DNA of 64,000 nucleotides from the NCBI RefSeq assembly GCF_963921235.1, contig NC_086107.1, positions 102,736,001 to 102,800,000 of the forward strand, read 5' to 3'. Shown here in pieces: positions 1 to 11,262 of this stretch. The stretch's first letter is position 1. Each line of letters opens with the position of its first letter. The notes beneath the pieces are model-generated. The model was not told the DNA's origin and ran no database searches. It saw only the letters and a list, made by a program, of their open reading frames with translations. This DNA comes from Mobula hypostoma. Its lineage: Eukaryota. Both the position numbers and the translations under genes were made by a program.

Positions 1-231
1 ACTTCCAGAACCTCAACAGAAAATTCATAGGAAAAATGGTTGTTACTTTTACATTTTGTTTTAATGTATTGTTAAGGTATTGGCAATGGTGAGAATCACC
101 TCAGAATCAGAATTAGGTCTATCATCACTGACTTATGTCATGAACTTCGTTGTTTCATGTCAGTGCAAAACGTAAAAATTATGCTCACACCATTTAAAAA
201 GTATCAGATATTTGAATTGCCAAGACTGCTG

Positions 232-880
232 TGTACATACATCTATTGATGCCTCTGGACACATCTTCAGTGATGTTCCTGGAATCATCGGGTGTTTCGG
301 GTCTTTCAACATCATACAACCTCCTCCAGGTGACCCAGCCGGGGCTGATCAGACCCCAGCTTGTGTCCAGATGGCTAGCTACTTATGACTCCATGGCTCC
401 CCTCTATTGAGCCACAGCCATCTTGAGGCCCTCTCTGCCGCATCGGTGGTACTGCGGATGGCTCTCCTCTTCCTCTCTCCCTCGATGCCCAAAATGCTGA
501 AGGCTCTAACTAAGGAACGGGCTACGAATCCCCTACAACCAACCTCCGCTGGGAGACACCTCGCTCTCCATCCAGCCTGCTGACAGTTACTGACCAGTCC
601 TGTGTACTTGGAGAGCTTCCTTTCAAAGGCCTCTTCCAAGCTATCTTCCCATGGGACTGTCAGCTCCAGCAGCACCACTTGCTTAGTAGACTCAGACACT
701 AGGACAATGTCTGGTCACAGGGTGGTGGCTGCGATATGGTTGGGGAACTTCAGCTGCCCTTCGAGGTCCGCCAACAACTGCCAGTCCCTTGCAGTGGTCA
801 GAATGCCTGCAGATGTTCTTTTGGCAGGTATTGGCTGCTCCCCAGCTCTGACAAAGGCAATGGACTGCTTGGAGGGTGGG
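232..880 (-). mobile_element. 3' end of an RLE-endonuclease non-LTR retrotransposon (R2/HERO-like), inactivated
   Basis: Minus frame reads ATTL*PDIVLVSESTKQVVLLELTVPWE...KY...EVGCRGF, the PD-(D/E)xK restriction-like endonuclease end. The R of RPD is a TGA stop (likely CpG decay). A 3' UTR follows the stop at 379. Confidence 0.8.
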
Positions 881-954
881 GACCGCTTCACCCACTCGAC
901 TAAAATCTAGTGGGGTTAATGTGGGAGGACGGTGTGAGTAGAATGGAGGACTAC

Positions 955-1090
955 GTCAGGACTACGAAGGGTCTCGGCCCGAAACGTCGACTGTACCTCT
1001 TCCTATAGATGCCGCCTGGCCTGTTGCATTCACCAGCATTTTTTATGTGTGTTGCTTGAATTTCCAACACCTGCAGATTTCCTCATGTTT
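955..1090 (+). mobile_element. Penelope-derived short tail copy with partial hammerhead motif
   Basis: acgaagggtctcggcccgaaacgtcgactgt...ctgcagatttcc resembles the 3' end of the Penelope copies at 6523 and 30167. The first bases (cgtcaggact) are inverted. Confidence 0.75.
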
Positions 1091-1166
1091 ACTGTTTTTG
1101 CAATTCTGATTTGGTTCTAATGGAATCAAGTCTCCTGCAATCATTTGCTTGCACTTTCTGCAAGTT

Positions 1167-1303
1167 GGGCAAAACACCACTGTCTCACAACAGCCTAATC
1201 CCAGCCCAGGTTCCCTATCAGTGGGTGAAAAATCCAACGCTTGGTGAATTCTGCTGCACAATGATAGGAAGAGCCAACATCAAAGAATCAAAAAGTGATA
1301 TTG
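1167..1303 (-). pseudogene. 28S rRNA fragment (peptidyl-transferase region), decayed
   Basis: ctgtctcac...gttccctatcagtgggtgaaaaatccaacgcttggtgaattctgctgcacaatgataggaagagccaacatc matches the reverse complement of conserved eukaryotic LSU rRNA, with CpG-type substitutions. Confidence 0.9.
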
Positions 1304-1695
1304 GGGAGATCGTATAGAAACATATAGAAGTATTAAAGGAATAGGTAAGATAGAGGCAGGAAAGTTGTTTGCACTGGTAGGTGAGACTAGAACCAGGAGA
1401 CATAGGCTCAAGATTCGGGGGAGTAGATTTAGGATGGAGATGAGCAGGGAACTGCTTTTCCCAGAGAGTGGTGAATCTGTGGAATTCTCTGCCCAGTGAA
1501 GCAGTGGAGGTAAATATATTTAAGACAAGGTTGGATAGATCTTTGCATAATAGGGGAATTTAGGGTTATGGGGGAAAGGCAGGTAGGTGGAGATGAGTCC
1601 ATGGCCAGATCAGCCATGATCTACTGAATGGTGGAGAAGGCGCAATGGGCCAGATGGCCGACTCCTGCTCCCATTTCTTATGTTCTTATGTTATG
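1304..1695 (+). mobile_element. CR1 LINE 3' fragment
   Basis: Degenerate GDxIETY...QRVVNLWNSLP C-terminus, followed by a (ttcttatg)n tail. Confidence 0.8.
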
Positions 1696-2246
1696 CAAGT
1701 TCTCTTGTATGATTCTGCTATTCGGACTGCCCAGTAACCCTTGCCACTGATTATTACATTGTCACAAAAATAATAAATATTGCAAAAGAGCAATAATGAG
1801 ATAGTGAGGATGGTTCTAAACTTCTGAGGGTCTTCAGACTCTCGTACCTCCTCCCCGATGGTAATAATGCAAAGAGGGTATGTCCCAGATGGTGAGGGCC
1901 CTTTGATAATGGATGCCCCCTTCTTGAACAGCAGGCAAGGATTGTCCAGTTAACTACTGAAGGATTTCATTACTTTCAAATTAGTAGTGGAAGGTGAGTG
2001 ATTGCAGGTTGGAGGAGTGAGGGCACTTGGCAAGCAGGAGTGGGTGGGGTACAACGAGCCAATTCGTGTGATGAGACCAACCAGGGTTGGCAATCTACCT
2101 AGTGGCTGACTGGAGGCGCTGGGATGACGGCCATTGAAGGGATAACACTAAGGGAGTGAGCAGAAGAAGTGAGTGCCAACTCCCGCTGTCCAGAACAGAG
2201 ACATTTTAGAATCTGAGGCTCTGTAGCCTGCATCTTCACCATAGAG

Positions 2247-2297
2247 CAGGGGCTCCCAACCTTCTGAATGCTATGGACCCCAGTTTGGGAACTCCTG
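2247..2297. mobile_element. 51-bp hAT-type MITE
   Basis: TIRs caggggctcccaac / tttgggaactcctg; 8-bp TSD ccatagag/ccacagag. Confidence 0.7.
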
Positions 2298-2369
2298 CCA
2301 CAGAGGGACCATAAATGCAGCAGAAATCAAAGTTCAAAGTAAACTTAATATCAAAGTATTTTTATGTCA

Positions 2370-2785
2370 CAATCAACAAACTCATTCGTAAGGCCAGTGA
2401 AGTTGTGGGGATGGAACTGGACTCTCTGACGGTGGTGTCTGAAAAGAGGATGCTGTCCAAGTTGCATGCCATCTTGGACAATGTCTCCCATCCACTACAT
2501 AATGTATTGGGTGGGCACAGGAGTACATTCAGCCAGAGACTCATCCACTGAGATGCTACACAGAGCGTCATAGGAAGTCATTCCTGCCTGTGGCCATCAA
2601 ACTTTACAACTCCTCCCTTGCAGGGTCAGACACCCTGACCCAATAGGCTGGTCCTGAACTTATTTCCTGGCATAATTTACATATTACTATTTAATTATTT
2701 ATGGTTTTATTACCATTTAATTATTTATGGGCAATTGTCACGAAAACCAATTTCCCTCGGGATCAATAAAGTATGACTATACTAC
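2370..2785 (+). mobile_element. Rex1/Babar-like LINE 3' fragment (same family as 59765-60510)
   Basis: INKLIRKASEVVG...SHPLH; near-identical to the reverse complement of 59765-60150. Confidence 0.8.
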
Positions 2786-3229
2786 CCTGAGATTCATTTT
2801 CTTGCAGGCATTCGGAGTAGAACTAAGAATCAATGGAAAACTACACAGAAACACTGACAGACAACCAATGTGCAAAAGAAGACAATCTATGCAAGCACAA
2901 AGCAAACAGACAAATGAATAAATACTACTGAGAATATGAGTTGTCGAGTCCTTCAAAGTGAGTCCACAGGTTATGGAATCAATTCAGAGATGAGGTGGGT
3001 GAAGTTATCCACACTGGTTCAGGAGCCTGATGGCTGAAGAGTAGTAACTGTTCCTGAACCTGGTGGTGTGGGACCTAAGGCTCCTGATTCAGGATTTCCA
3101 AATAGTCAGTGATCAGCTTATGAAAGGAAAACTGGATTTGACAAAGTTTTGAGTAGACAATTTGTAATTTCCAGATAAGGGAACCAGAGCATGTAATATT
3201 TCTAGATTCTCAAAATGGCCAGTATCGTA

Positions 3230-4098
3230 TGTGACGAGAATACATATAGATTAAGATGTTAGCTGTCCTGTGCTGGCACCAGTGGGATCAGCAGTTGGTC
3301 TGCCACCTGTCTTCAGGAGAGAGAGAGATAAGGAAAACAACGGAGCAGCATTTGGAGAGGTTAATGAAGGGACGGGAGAGAGTAGCAGAAGGAGAGCTGT
3401 CAAGATCGGCTCCCCCTTTGAACCCTGAACTGTTTGAAGTGATGGACTGGCGATACCCCAGCAGGGGGATAAAAAGGGACAGGTTCGCTAAGGCAGGACA
3501 CACACGACACCTGAGGTAACGAGACCCTGGAAGCGGTGCGTCTCTCACAAGTCGGTGGGAAGTTTTGGAAGGCCAGTTGCGGGACCAGGCCATAGACGCA
3601 CAGGGTGGAAAGGCACGATCGGCGGGAACCTGGTGTGTGTCCACCCTTGCCTGGGTGCCGGGTTCACCGCAGAGAAACGATCGTATCTGGAAATGGAGGG
3701 GTCACGGTCGGTGACCTCAGATGACATCACAAAGGACTCGCCCGAAAGCTGACTGCGAAGGTCTGTGTGGAGGCCATTTTAAATATTCATTCGTTTTGCT
3801 CTCTCTCTCCTTCCCTCCACTGTCTGCGAACTGAACTGAACTAAATTGAACTGAACTTTGCGTCACTTGGAAACTGGTCATTTACCCCTAGACAACGATA
3901 GAGCTTGATTGATCCTGTTATCTTAATTCTGTGTACATGTGTGTTTATCATTGCTGAACTGTTGCATTTATTATCCTTTTGATTAGAGTACTGTGTTGCT
4001 TGTTTCTTTAATAAAACTTTCTTAGTTCTAGTAATCCAGACTCCAACTGAGTGATCCATTTCTGCTGGTTTGGCAACCCAGTTATGGGGTACGTAACA
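3230..4098 (+). mobile_element. Solo LTR, 869 bp
   Basis: TGTGAC...GTAACA termini; 4-bp TSD cgta (3226-3229, 4099-4102); TATA-like gataaaaag ~3468; AATAAA ~4010. Confidence 0.85.
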
Positions 4099-4203
4099 CG
4101 TAAGAGTTAATATTTTAGCATGGAAAGAGGATTTGTTAAAGGGCAGAATACAGAAAGTAGAAGTAAATCAAGGTGACAGATTGCTTCTTGGGGAGATACC
4201 ACA

Positions 4204-4706
4204 GATTTAGATTAGATTAGATTCAACTTTATTGTCATTGTGTCGAGTACAGATACAAAGCCAATGAAATGCAGTTAGCATCTAACCAGAAATGCAAAGA
4301 ATAGTGTTATTTACAAAATAACTGCCAATAAAAAGTAAGTGCTACAGCACACAAATAGAAAAGTCCTGAGACAGTACAATATGGGTGTGAGGTTCAGCAG
4401 GGTCACAGCCTCAGGGAAGAAGCTCTTTCTGTGCCTGCTGGTGCGGGAGCGGAGGCTCCTGTAGCACCTACTGGATGGGAGGAGAGTAAAATGTCCATGG
4501 TTAGGGTGAGATGCATCCTTGATAATGCTTTTCGCCCTGCCCAGGCAGCGTTTATGGTAGATGTTCTCAATGGTGGACAACTGGGTGCTGATAATCCGCT
4601 GGGCAGTTTTCACCACACGCTGGAGTGCTTTGCGGTCCGATACGGGACAATTGCCATGCCACACTGAGATGCAGTTGGTGAGTATGCTCTCAATGGTACA
4701 GCGATA
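4204..4706 (-). mobile_element. Rex1/Babar LINE 3' fragment
   Basis: YRCTIESILTNCISVW...SHPNH...LLPS (ORF 4311-4712); (tctaa)n tail; same family as 12649-13660. Confidence 0.85.
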
Positions 4707-4721
4707 TATCAATGACTTGAA

Positions 4722-5002
4722 AGGTTTACAGATTAGCTTTATCTGTTACATGCACATCGAAACATACAGTGAAATGCGTTGTCTGCGTTGAGGATGTGCC
4801 GGGTGCAGCCCGCAAGTGTCAGCGCCAATATGGCATGCCTGCCATTTACTAGCCCTGACTCGTACGTCTTTGGAATGTGGGAGGAAACCAGAGCACCCAG
4901 AGGAAACCCACGCTGTCGTACAGACAGTGGTGAGAATTGAACCCTAATCTTAGAGCCCACACTATAAAGCGTTATGCCCACCGCGGTGCTACTGTGCTAC
5001 CC
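4722..5002 (-). mobile_element. tRNA-derived V-SINE-like element (other copies ~11920-12190, 21435-21712, 34205-34460, 45120-45330, 45900-46170, 58880-59050)
   Basis: Conserved gggtttcctc.gggtgctctggtttcctcccaca core behind a tRNA-like head with a gttcaattc B-box. Confidence 0.7.
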
Positions 5003-5185
5003 TTCTTGGATAGATACATTACAACTTGCAGTAGACGCAAGTTTGTGGAGCTGTAGGTAGTGAGGAAGGAAATCAATTGTAGATCAGTTGGAAGCTTAGG
5101 TGGAGGAATGGCAGACGGAGTTTAATCCCAATAAGTGTGAGGCATTGCATTTTGGATGGTCAAATTGTAAAAGGAAAGTATACAG

Positions 5186-5265
5186 CAGGGGTTCTCAACC
5201 TTTTTTATGCCATGGACCAATACCATTAAGCAAGGGGTCCATGAACCCCAGGTTGGAAACCCCTG
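5186..5265. mobile_element. 80-bp hAT MITE inside a decayed CR1 (relatives at ~38036-38108 and ~50777)
   Basis: TIRs caggggttctcaacc / ggttggaaacccctg; imperfect 8-bp TSD. Confidence 0.7.
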
Positions 5266-6619
5266 GTCTACAATCAATGACAGGAGTATTGATGTTCAGA
5301 GGAATCTTGGGGTCAAGTCTATAGCTCCCTTTAAGCAGCAACATAAGTGGCTAGGATGGTGAAGGAGGCGTACGACATGCTGGCTGTCACTAGCCGTCAC
5401 ATTGATTGTAAAACTCAGGGAGTCACGTTACAGTTATGCAAATCATTGTCGGAGGATTGTGAGCACTTCTGGTCACCGAGCCACTGGGAGGTTTGTGATT
5501 AAGTGAGAAAGAGTGCAGAAAAGATTCGCAGCAATGATGCCTGGATTGAAGGCCTTAAGTTGCATGTAAGGAGAGACTGGATAGGCCAGTACTGATTTGT
5601 CTTCTGTTTCGAGCCCTTTGCTATGTCTTTGCTCACATACAATCTCACTTCCCGACTCCTTGAAGACAAACAACCTTGCCTTTTCCCTGCCATCCTTTTT
5701 AAGTCACCAGAATACCTCCCCTGACTTTCCTCTGCTGGGTGCCTTCAAAACTTTCACCTCTGCCATGTTATTTTCAGCCGGTCTTGCCACTCTCTAGCTT
5801 CAGCTCTGAGTGGGTGTCCCTGTCTTCTGACACTGTGCCCTCAGATTCTAGACTCTCCTACTAATGGAAACATCCTCTTTACGTTCACTCTCTCCAGGCC
5901 TTTCAATATTTGGTAGGTTTCAATGAGGTCCCCCGTCCCCTCCCCACCCCAATACCACTGCCTTCTGAACTCCACTGAGTACAGGCCCAGAGCCATCAAA
6001 TGCTCCTCATACATTAAGCCTTTCATTGGCTGTTGTCATGAAATTGGCTGTCTCATCCTGCTGAAACTCCTCCTTGCAACAGCTTGCCACTGTACTTTAT
6101 GAATAGTCGCACTGTTCTCAAATTGCTCAGTCACTGTACAAGCAGTTCTCTAACCTGGCTACACATATCGATGGTTCTTTACTAACGCTGGATTTGGAAC
6201 ACGGTTTCTCGTAACACTTCACGCTGGTGTGAACCTCTGGCCAGCTCACCTCTTTGCAGGTCTCAACCCACGGAGGCCCCTGCCAGCCCTTCTGTAATTC
6301 ACACCTCTCTGCTCTCGCATTTCCCATCCATCACAATGTTCACTTGTAGACCCACATTGCACACTCTCGGACCGTCCTGACCCACATTCAAATCCTTCAA
6401 TATTGCAAATCCACGACTCTCAAAGAACGCACTCTGTTCTCTTTGTGTCTATGAAGGTTTTGTTTTTAAGATTACACACTCACGTTGCAAACTCACTTCT
6501 GAAAGCATCATGTTTAGCTGCCAACAACAGGAATTCTGCAGATGCTGGAAATTCAAGCAACATACATCAAAGTTGCTGGTGAACGCAGCAGGCCAAGCAG
6601 CATCTATAGGAAGAGGCGC

Positions 6620-6655
6620 AGTCGACGTTTCAGGCCGAGACCCTTCGTCAGGACT
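6620..6655 (-). ncRNA. Minimal type I hammerhead ribozyme motif in the Penelope 3' region
   Basis: Sense AGUC-CUGACGA-AGG(gucucgg)CCU-GAAA-CGUC-GACU: complete core, helix I AGUC/GACU, palindromic ACGU helix III. Confidence 0.85.
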
Positions 6656-7286
6656 AACTGAAGGAAGAGTGAGTAAGGGATTTGAAAGCTGGAGGGGGAG
6701 GGGGAGATGCAAAATGATAGGAGAAGACAGGAGGGGGAGGGATAGAGCCGAGAGCTGGACAGGTGATAGGCAAAAGGGGATACGAGAGGATCATGGGACA
6801 GGAGGTCCGGGAAGAAAGACAAGGGGGGGGGTGACCCAGAGGATGGGCAAGAGGTATATTCAGAGGGACAGAGGGAGAAAAAGGAGAGTGAGAGAAAGAA
6901 TGTGTGCATAAAAATGAGTAACAGATGGGGTACGAGGGGGAGGTGGGGCCTTAGCGGAAGTTAGAGAAGTCGATGTTCATGCCATCAGGTTGGAGGCTAC
7001 CCAGACGGAATATAAGGTGTTGTTCCTCCAACCTGAGTGTGGCTTCATCTTTACAGTAGAGGAGGCCGTGGATAGACATGTCAGAATGGGAATGGGATGT
7101 GGAATTAAAATATGTGGCCACTGGGAGATCCTGCTTTCTCTGGCGGACAGAGCGTAGATGTTCAGCAAAGCGGTCTCCCAGTCTGCGTCCGGTCTCACCA
7201 ATATATAAAAGGCCACATCGGGAGCACCGGACGCAGTATATCACCCCAGTCAACTCACAGGTGAAGTGATGCCTCACCTGGAAGGA

Positions 7287-8312
7287 CTATTTGGGGCCCT
7301 GAATGGTGGTAAGGGAGGAAGTGTAAGGGCATGTGTAGCACTTGTTCCGCTTACACGGATAAGTGCCAGGAGGGAGATCAGTGGGGAGGGATGGGGGGGA
7401 CGAATGGACAAGGGAGTTGTGTAGGGAGCGATCCCTGCGGAATGCAGAGAGAAGGGGGGAGGGAAAGATGTGCTTAGTGGTGGGATCCCGTTGGAGGTGG
7501 CAGAAGTTACGGAGAATAATATGTTGGACCCGGAGGCTGGTGGGGTGGTAGGTGAGGACCAGGGGAACCCTATTCCTAGTGGGGTGGTGGGAGGATGGAG
7601 TGAGAGCAGATGTACGTGAAATGGGGGAGATGCGTTTAAGAGCAGAGTTGATAGTGGAGGAAGGGAAGCCCCTTTCTTTAAAAAATGAAGACATCTCCCT
7701 CGTCCTAGAAAGAAAAGCCTCATCCTGAGAGCAGATGCGGCGGAGACGGAGGAATTGCGAGAAGGGGATGGCGTTTTTGCAAGAGACAGGGTGAGAAGAG
7801 GAATAGTCCAGATAGCTGTGAGAGTCAGTAGGCTTATAGGAGACATCAGTGGATAAGCTGTCTCCAGAGACAGAGACAGAAAGATCTAGAAAGGGGAGGG
7901 AGGTGTCGGAAATGGACCAGGTAAACTTGAGGGCAGGGTGAAAGTTGGAGGCAAAGTTAATAAAGTCAACTAGTTCTGCATGCGTGCAGGAAGCAGCGCC
8001 AATGCAGTCGTCGATGTAGCGAAGGAAAAGTGGGGGACAGATACCAGAATAGGCACGGAACATAGATTGTTCCACAAACCCAACAAAAAGGCAGGCATAG
8101 CTAGGACCCATACGGGTGCCCATAGCTACACCTTTAGTTTGGAGGAAATGGGAGGAGCAAAAGGAGAAATTATTAAGAGTAAGGACTAATTCCGCTAGAT
8201 GGAGCAGAGTGGTGGTAGAGGGGAACTGATTAGGTCTGGAATCCAAAAAGAAGCGTAGAGCTTTGAGACCTTCCTGATGGGGGATGGAAGTATATAAGGA
8301 CTGGACATCCAT
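7287..8312 (-). pseudogene. Penelope-like reverse transcriptase core ORF fragment
   Basis: 341-aa ORF: MDVQSLYTSIP...QTKGVAMG...RYIDD...LPFLD...YKPT. Confidence 0.9.
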
Positions 8313-8762
8313 GGTGAAAATAAAGCGGTGGGGGCCAGGGAACTTAAAATCATCAAAAAGTTTAAGAGCGTGAGAAGTGTCACGAACATAGGTCGGAAGG
8401 GATTGAACAAGGGGTGATAAAACAGTGTCGAGGTATGCAGAAACGAGTTCGGTGGGGCAGGAGCAAGCTGAGACAATAGGTTGGCCAGGACAGGAAGGTT
8501 TGTGGATCTTGGGTAGGAGGTAGAAACGGGAAGTGCGGGGTGTGGGATCTATAAGGTTGGTAGCAGTGGATGGGAGATCCCCTGAGCGGATAAAGTCGGT
8601 GATAGTGTGGGAGACAATGGCCTGGTGCTCCTTAGTGTGGTCACGATCGAGGGGTAAATAAGAGGAGTATCCGCGAGTTGTCGCTGTGCCTCGGCAAGGT
8701 AGAGGTCAGTACGCCAGACGACAACAGCACCCCCCTTATCAGCGGGTTTAATAGTAAGGTTA

Positions 8763-9059
8763 GGATTAGTGCGGAGGGAGTGGAGAGCAGAGCGTGGATT
8801 AGTGCGGAGGGAGTGGAGAGCAGAGCGTGGATTAGTGCGGAGGGAGTGGAGAGCAGAGCGTGGATTAGTGCGGAGGGAGTGGAGAGCAGAGCCTGGATTA
8901 GTGCGGAGGGAGTGGAGAGCAGAGCGTGGATTAGTGCGGAGGGAGTGGAGAGCAGAGCGTGGATTAGTGCGGAGGGAGTGGAGAGCAGAGCGTGGATTAG
9001 TGCGGAGGGAGTGGAGAGCAGAGCGTGGATTAGTGCGGAGGGAGTGGAGAGCAGAGCGT
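8763..9059 (-). repeat. 33-bp tandem repeat, 9 copies, at the Penelope 5' truncation point
   Basis: (ggattagtgcggagggagtggagagcagagcgt)x9 with one substitution; reads RSALHSLRTNP in the element frame. Confidence 0.95.
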
Positions 9060-10129
9060 TTAGCTGCCATGTGATTTCCCCATAGTGCACGTGTGACCTT
9101 CCTTTGGCTTATCTCACATTTAACAGCTAGCTCTCCTGTCTGCCCAAGCTTCACACTCCTGATCAAGTTCCATCAGTGATGGTGGCAGTGCATCATAGCT
9201 CATCACTATACAGGAGCCTGAAGGTGCACACTTTCAATGTTATTGTCACTGTTTTTTTTTGTGTGTGGGAGGTCCTTGGGGGTAGGGGTTTGATGTTTTA
9301 GCTGGCACGTCCAGGTGGGCGATCTGTTAGTTTTTGTGGGAGGGGAGGGGTTGGAGGGTTTGGGGTTTGTGAGTTTTATTTCTTTTTCTTTTTCATTGGG
9401 GGGGTTGATGTCTTTTTCTTTCAACGACTACCATGGTTTTTCTGTATTTTACGGCTATCTGGAGAAGACGAATCTCTGAGTTGTATTTTGCATACATACT
9501 TTGATAATAAAATACATTTCTCTGACATTAAGTGTACCTTTGAAATCTTTGAAACCGTTGAACTGTTGAACACTCAATGTTTGAGGAACAGCTTCTTCCC
9601 CTCCACCAGCATATTTCTGAACAGACGACGAACCAACCCATGAAAAATATTTCACTATCATCGCTCTCCTTTTGCACTACTTAATTCAATTTTGATATCT
9701 GTTTCTTGTTGCACTTTACAGAATTGTTTACGTATTGTCCAGTACACTTGCTGCAAAACAACAAATTTTACAACATTTGTCAGTGATAATAAACTGGATT
9801 CTGAATTCACACCTGCCTTCATGGAGAAAACTGCCTGTATTTTCATCTCTCTCTCTCTCTCTCTCTCTCCCCTCTCTCCCTCCCCCTTCCTCTCTCTCTC
9901 TCCCCCCTCCCTCTCCACTCCCCCCCCAACTGTTCTTTCCTTTATTTCTTTATACAGGAGCCATTCATCTATGTCCTTCCATATATACTATACTTCATCA
10001 GAACTGCGGCTCATAACCCACAAACTGCTTGCCATCCCTCAAACCCATTTGTTTGGGCAGGGCTGACGCATCTTGAAGCAGATCCTGCATGGCTTCAGTA
10101 GTTAATCCTTTCAGTCTAAGTGACTCAAT

Positions 10130-11262
10130 CCAAGGTTCAAGGTACATTCATTATCAAACTGCGTGAGCAGTGTACAACTCTGAGATTCATCTTCTCCAGA
10201 TAGCCACAAAACAAACCATGGAAGCTGTTCCAAAAGAAAACATTAACACCCCCACATTAAAAAAAATCACGCAACCTGCAACATGAACATCAACCCCCTC
10301 CCCACCACGTGCAAAAAAAAACCCCCAAACAAATCACGCAAATGGCAACAAGAAAGAATGGGCGTGGGCCGGCTGGTGGCACAATGACAACGGCGCCGGA
10401 CCTGGGAGCAGAGGTTCTCGGGTTCGAAACTAGTTGGATCCACCCCCGAGCACGCTTTCCATCCGTGCCGGGTTGAAGTGTCGAGATCGCAACTCGACCT
10501 CATAAAATAAAGGGAAAAAATACTGTGAAAATGTCTGTGTGAGGAGTGGCGAGCCACATAGTCTCTCCCTCGCTCCACGCCTTGTAAAAAGCCATGGAAA
10601 AGACATCATCACGGACGCACGCATGGACACACAGACGCACACACACAGACTCGCACGCACGCAGGCACACGCCAAAAAAAGAAGAAAGAAAGAAAGAATG
10701 GGCAAAAACACAGAATATAAAAACATAGAACGGAAAGGGTCAAATTGAACTACAGTCCAATCCGTCTATAAATTGCAGGCCCAGAACTTTGGTATCATCC
10801 CCTGACAGCATCAAGAAAGAGACCATTTGAATGCAGGGGCCTTCCCTTGGGAGCAGCAAGCGAGAGACCGTCACAAGCAGACGCCTTCTACAGGCAGCAG
10901 CAAGCGGGAGGTTGGTAGACGGTGTTGAACACCCGCTCACCTCAATGTCTTCAATCTTCGATGCTTCAACCAGCGAGATCAGCGAGAAATGGAGTCGATT
11001 ACGGGCTTGCGCCCAGTCCCCAGGCTTTCTTAGCCGCTCGTCTCCAGGAGTCTTCTCAGAGACAGCCAAGTACCAGGTCCCTCAGTCGATCTACAGATTG
11101 TAGATCGCAGGCTCCAGCAGTACCAGAAACACATTTAAAATCTACAAGAAGGCGTTAAAGAAGTGAAAGGAACAGTTACGTGGAGTATCTGGAAGATGTC
11201 GCCTAAAATAGTGTTGTCCACTGGCGGCAGTATCCAATGCAGTGATCCGTTCAAACGGCCTC
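10130..11262 (-). mobile_element. Full-length non-autonomous non-LTR element with a Rex1-type tail
   Basis: 19-bp TSD tcagtctaagtga(c/t)tcaat at 10111-10129 and 11263-11281; no RT ORF; partial copy on + at ~9255-9560. Confidence 0.75.
10364..10689 (+). mobile_element. tRNA-derived SINE nested in the preceding element
   Basis: A-box tggcacaatg, B-box ggttcgaaac, CA-rich/A tail; 14-bp TSD aagaaagaatgggc (10350-10363, 10690-10703). Confidence 0.85.

Larger units (their letters stand above)
6523..9057 (-). mobile_element. Penelope-like element (Neptune-type), 5'-truncated: RT + Cys linker + GIY-YIG endonuclease
   Basis: KPADKGG, GVAMG, RYIDD (RT); CKRNKCYTC linker; GVIYCVRCSRCGLLYIGET (GIY-YIG). 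TSD gtttagctgcc at 6512-6522 and 9058-9068. Premature stop at 7287 and a probable frameshift near 8665. Confidence 0.95.

Noticed and set aside
255..345. Hammerhead in the RLE-element 3' UTR (atgatg...gaaac on -)
   Set aside because: Some pairing (cctgga/tccagg), but the CUGANGA core is absent.
8549..9166. 205-aa repeat protein ORF
   Set aside because: Chimera of flank, 33-bp array and truncated Penelope ORF; the start lies outside the element.
9658..10066. Low-complexity ORFs
   Set aside because: Translations of a (CT)n microsatellite and a LINE tail.
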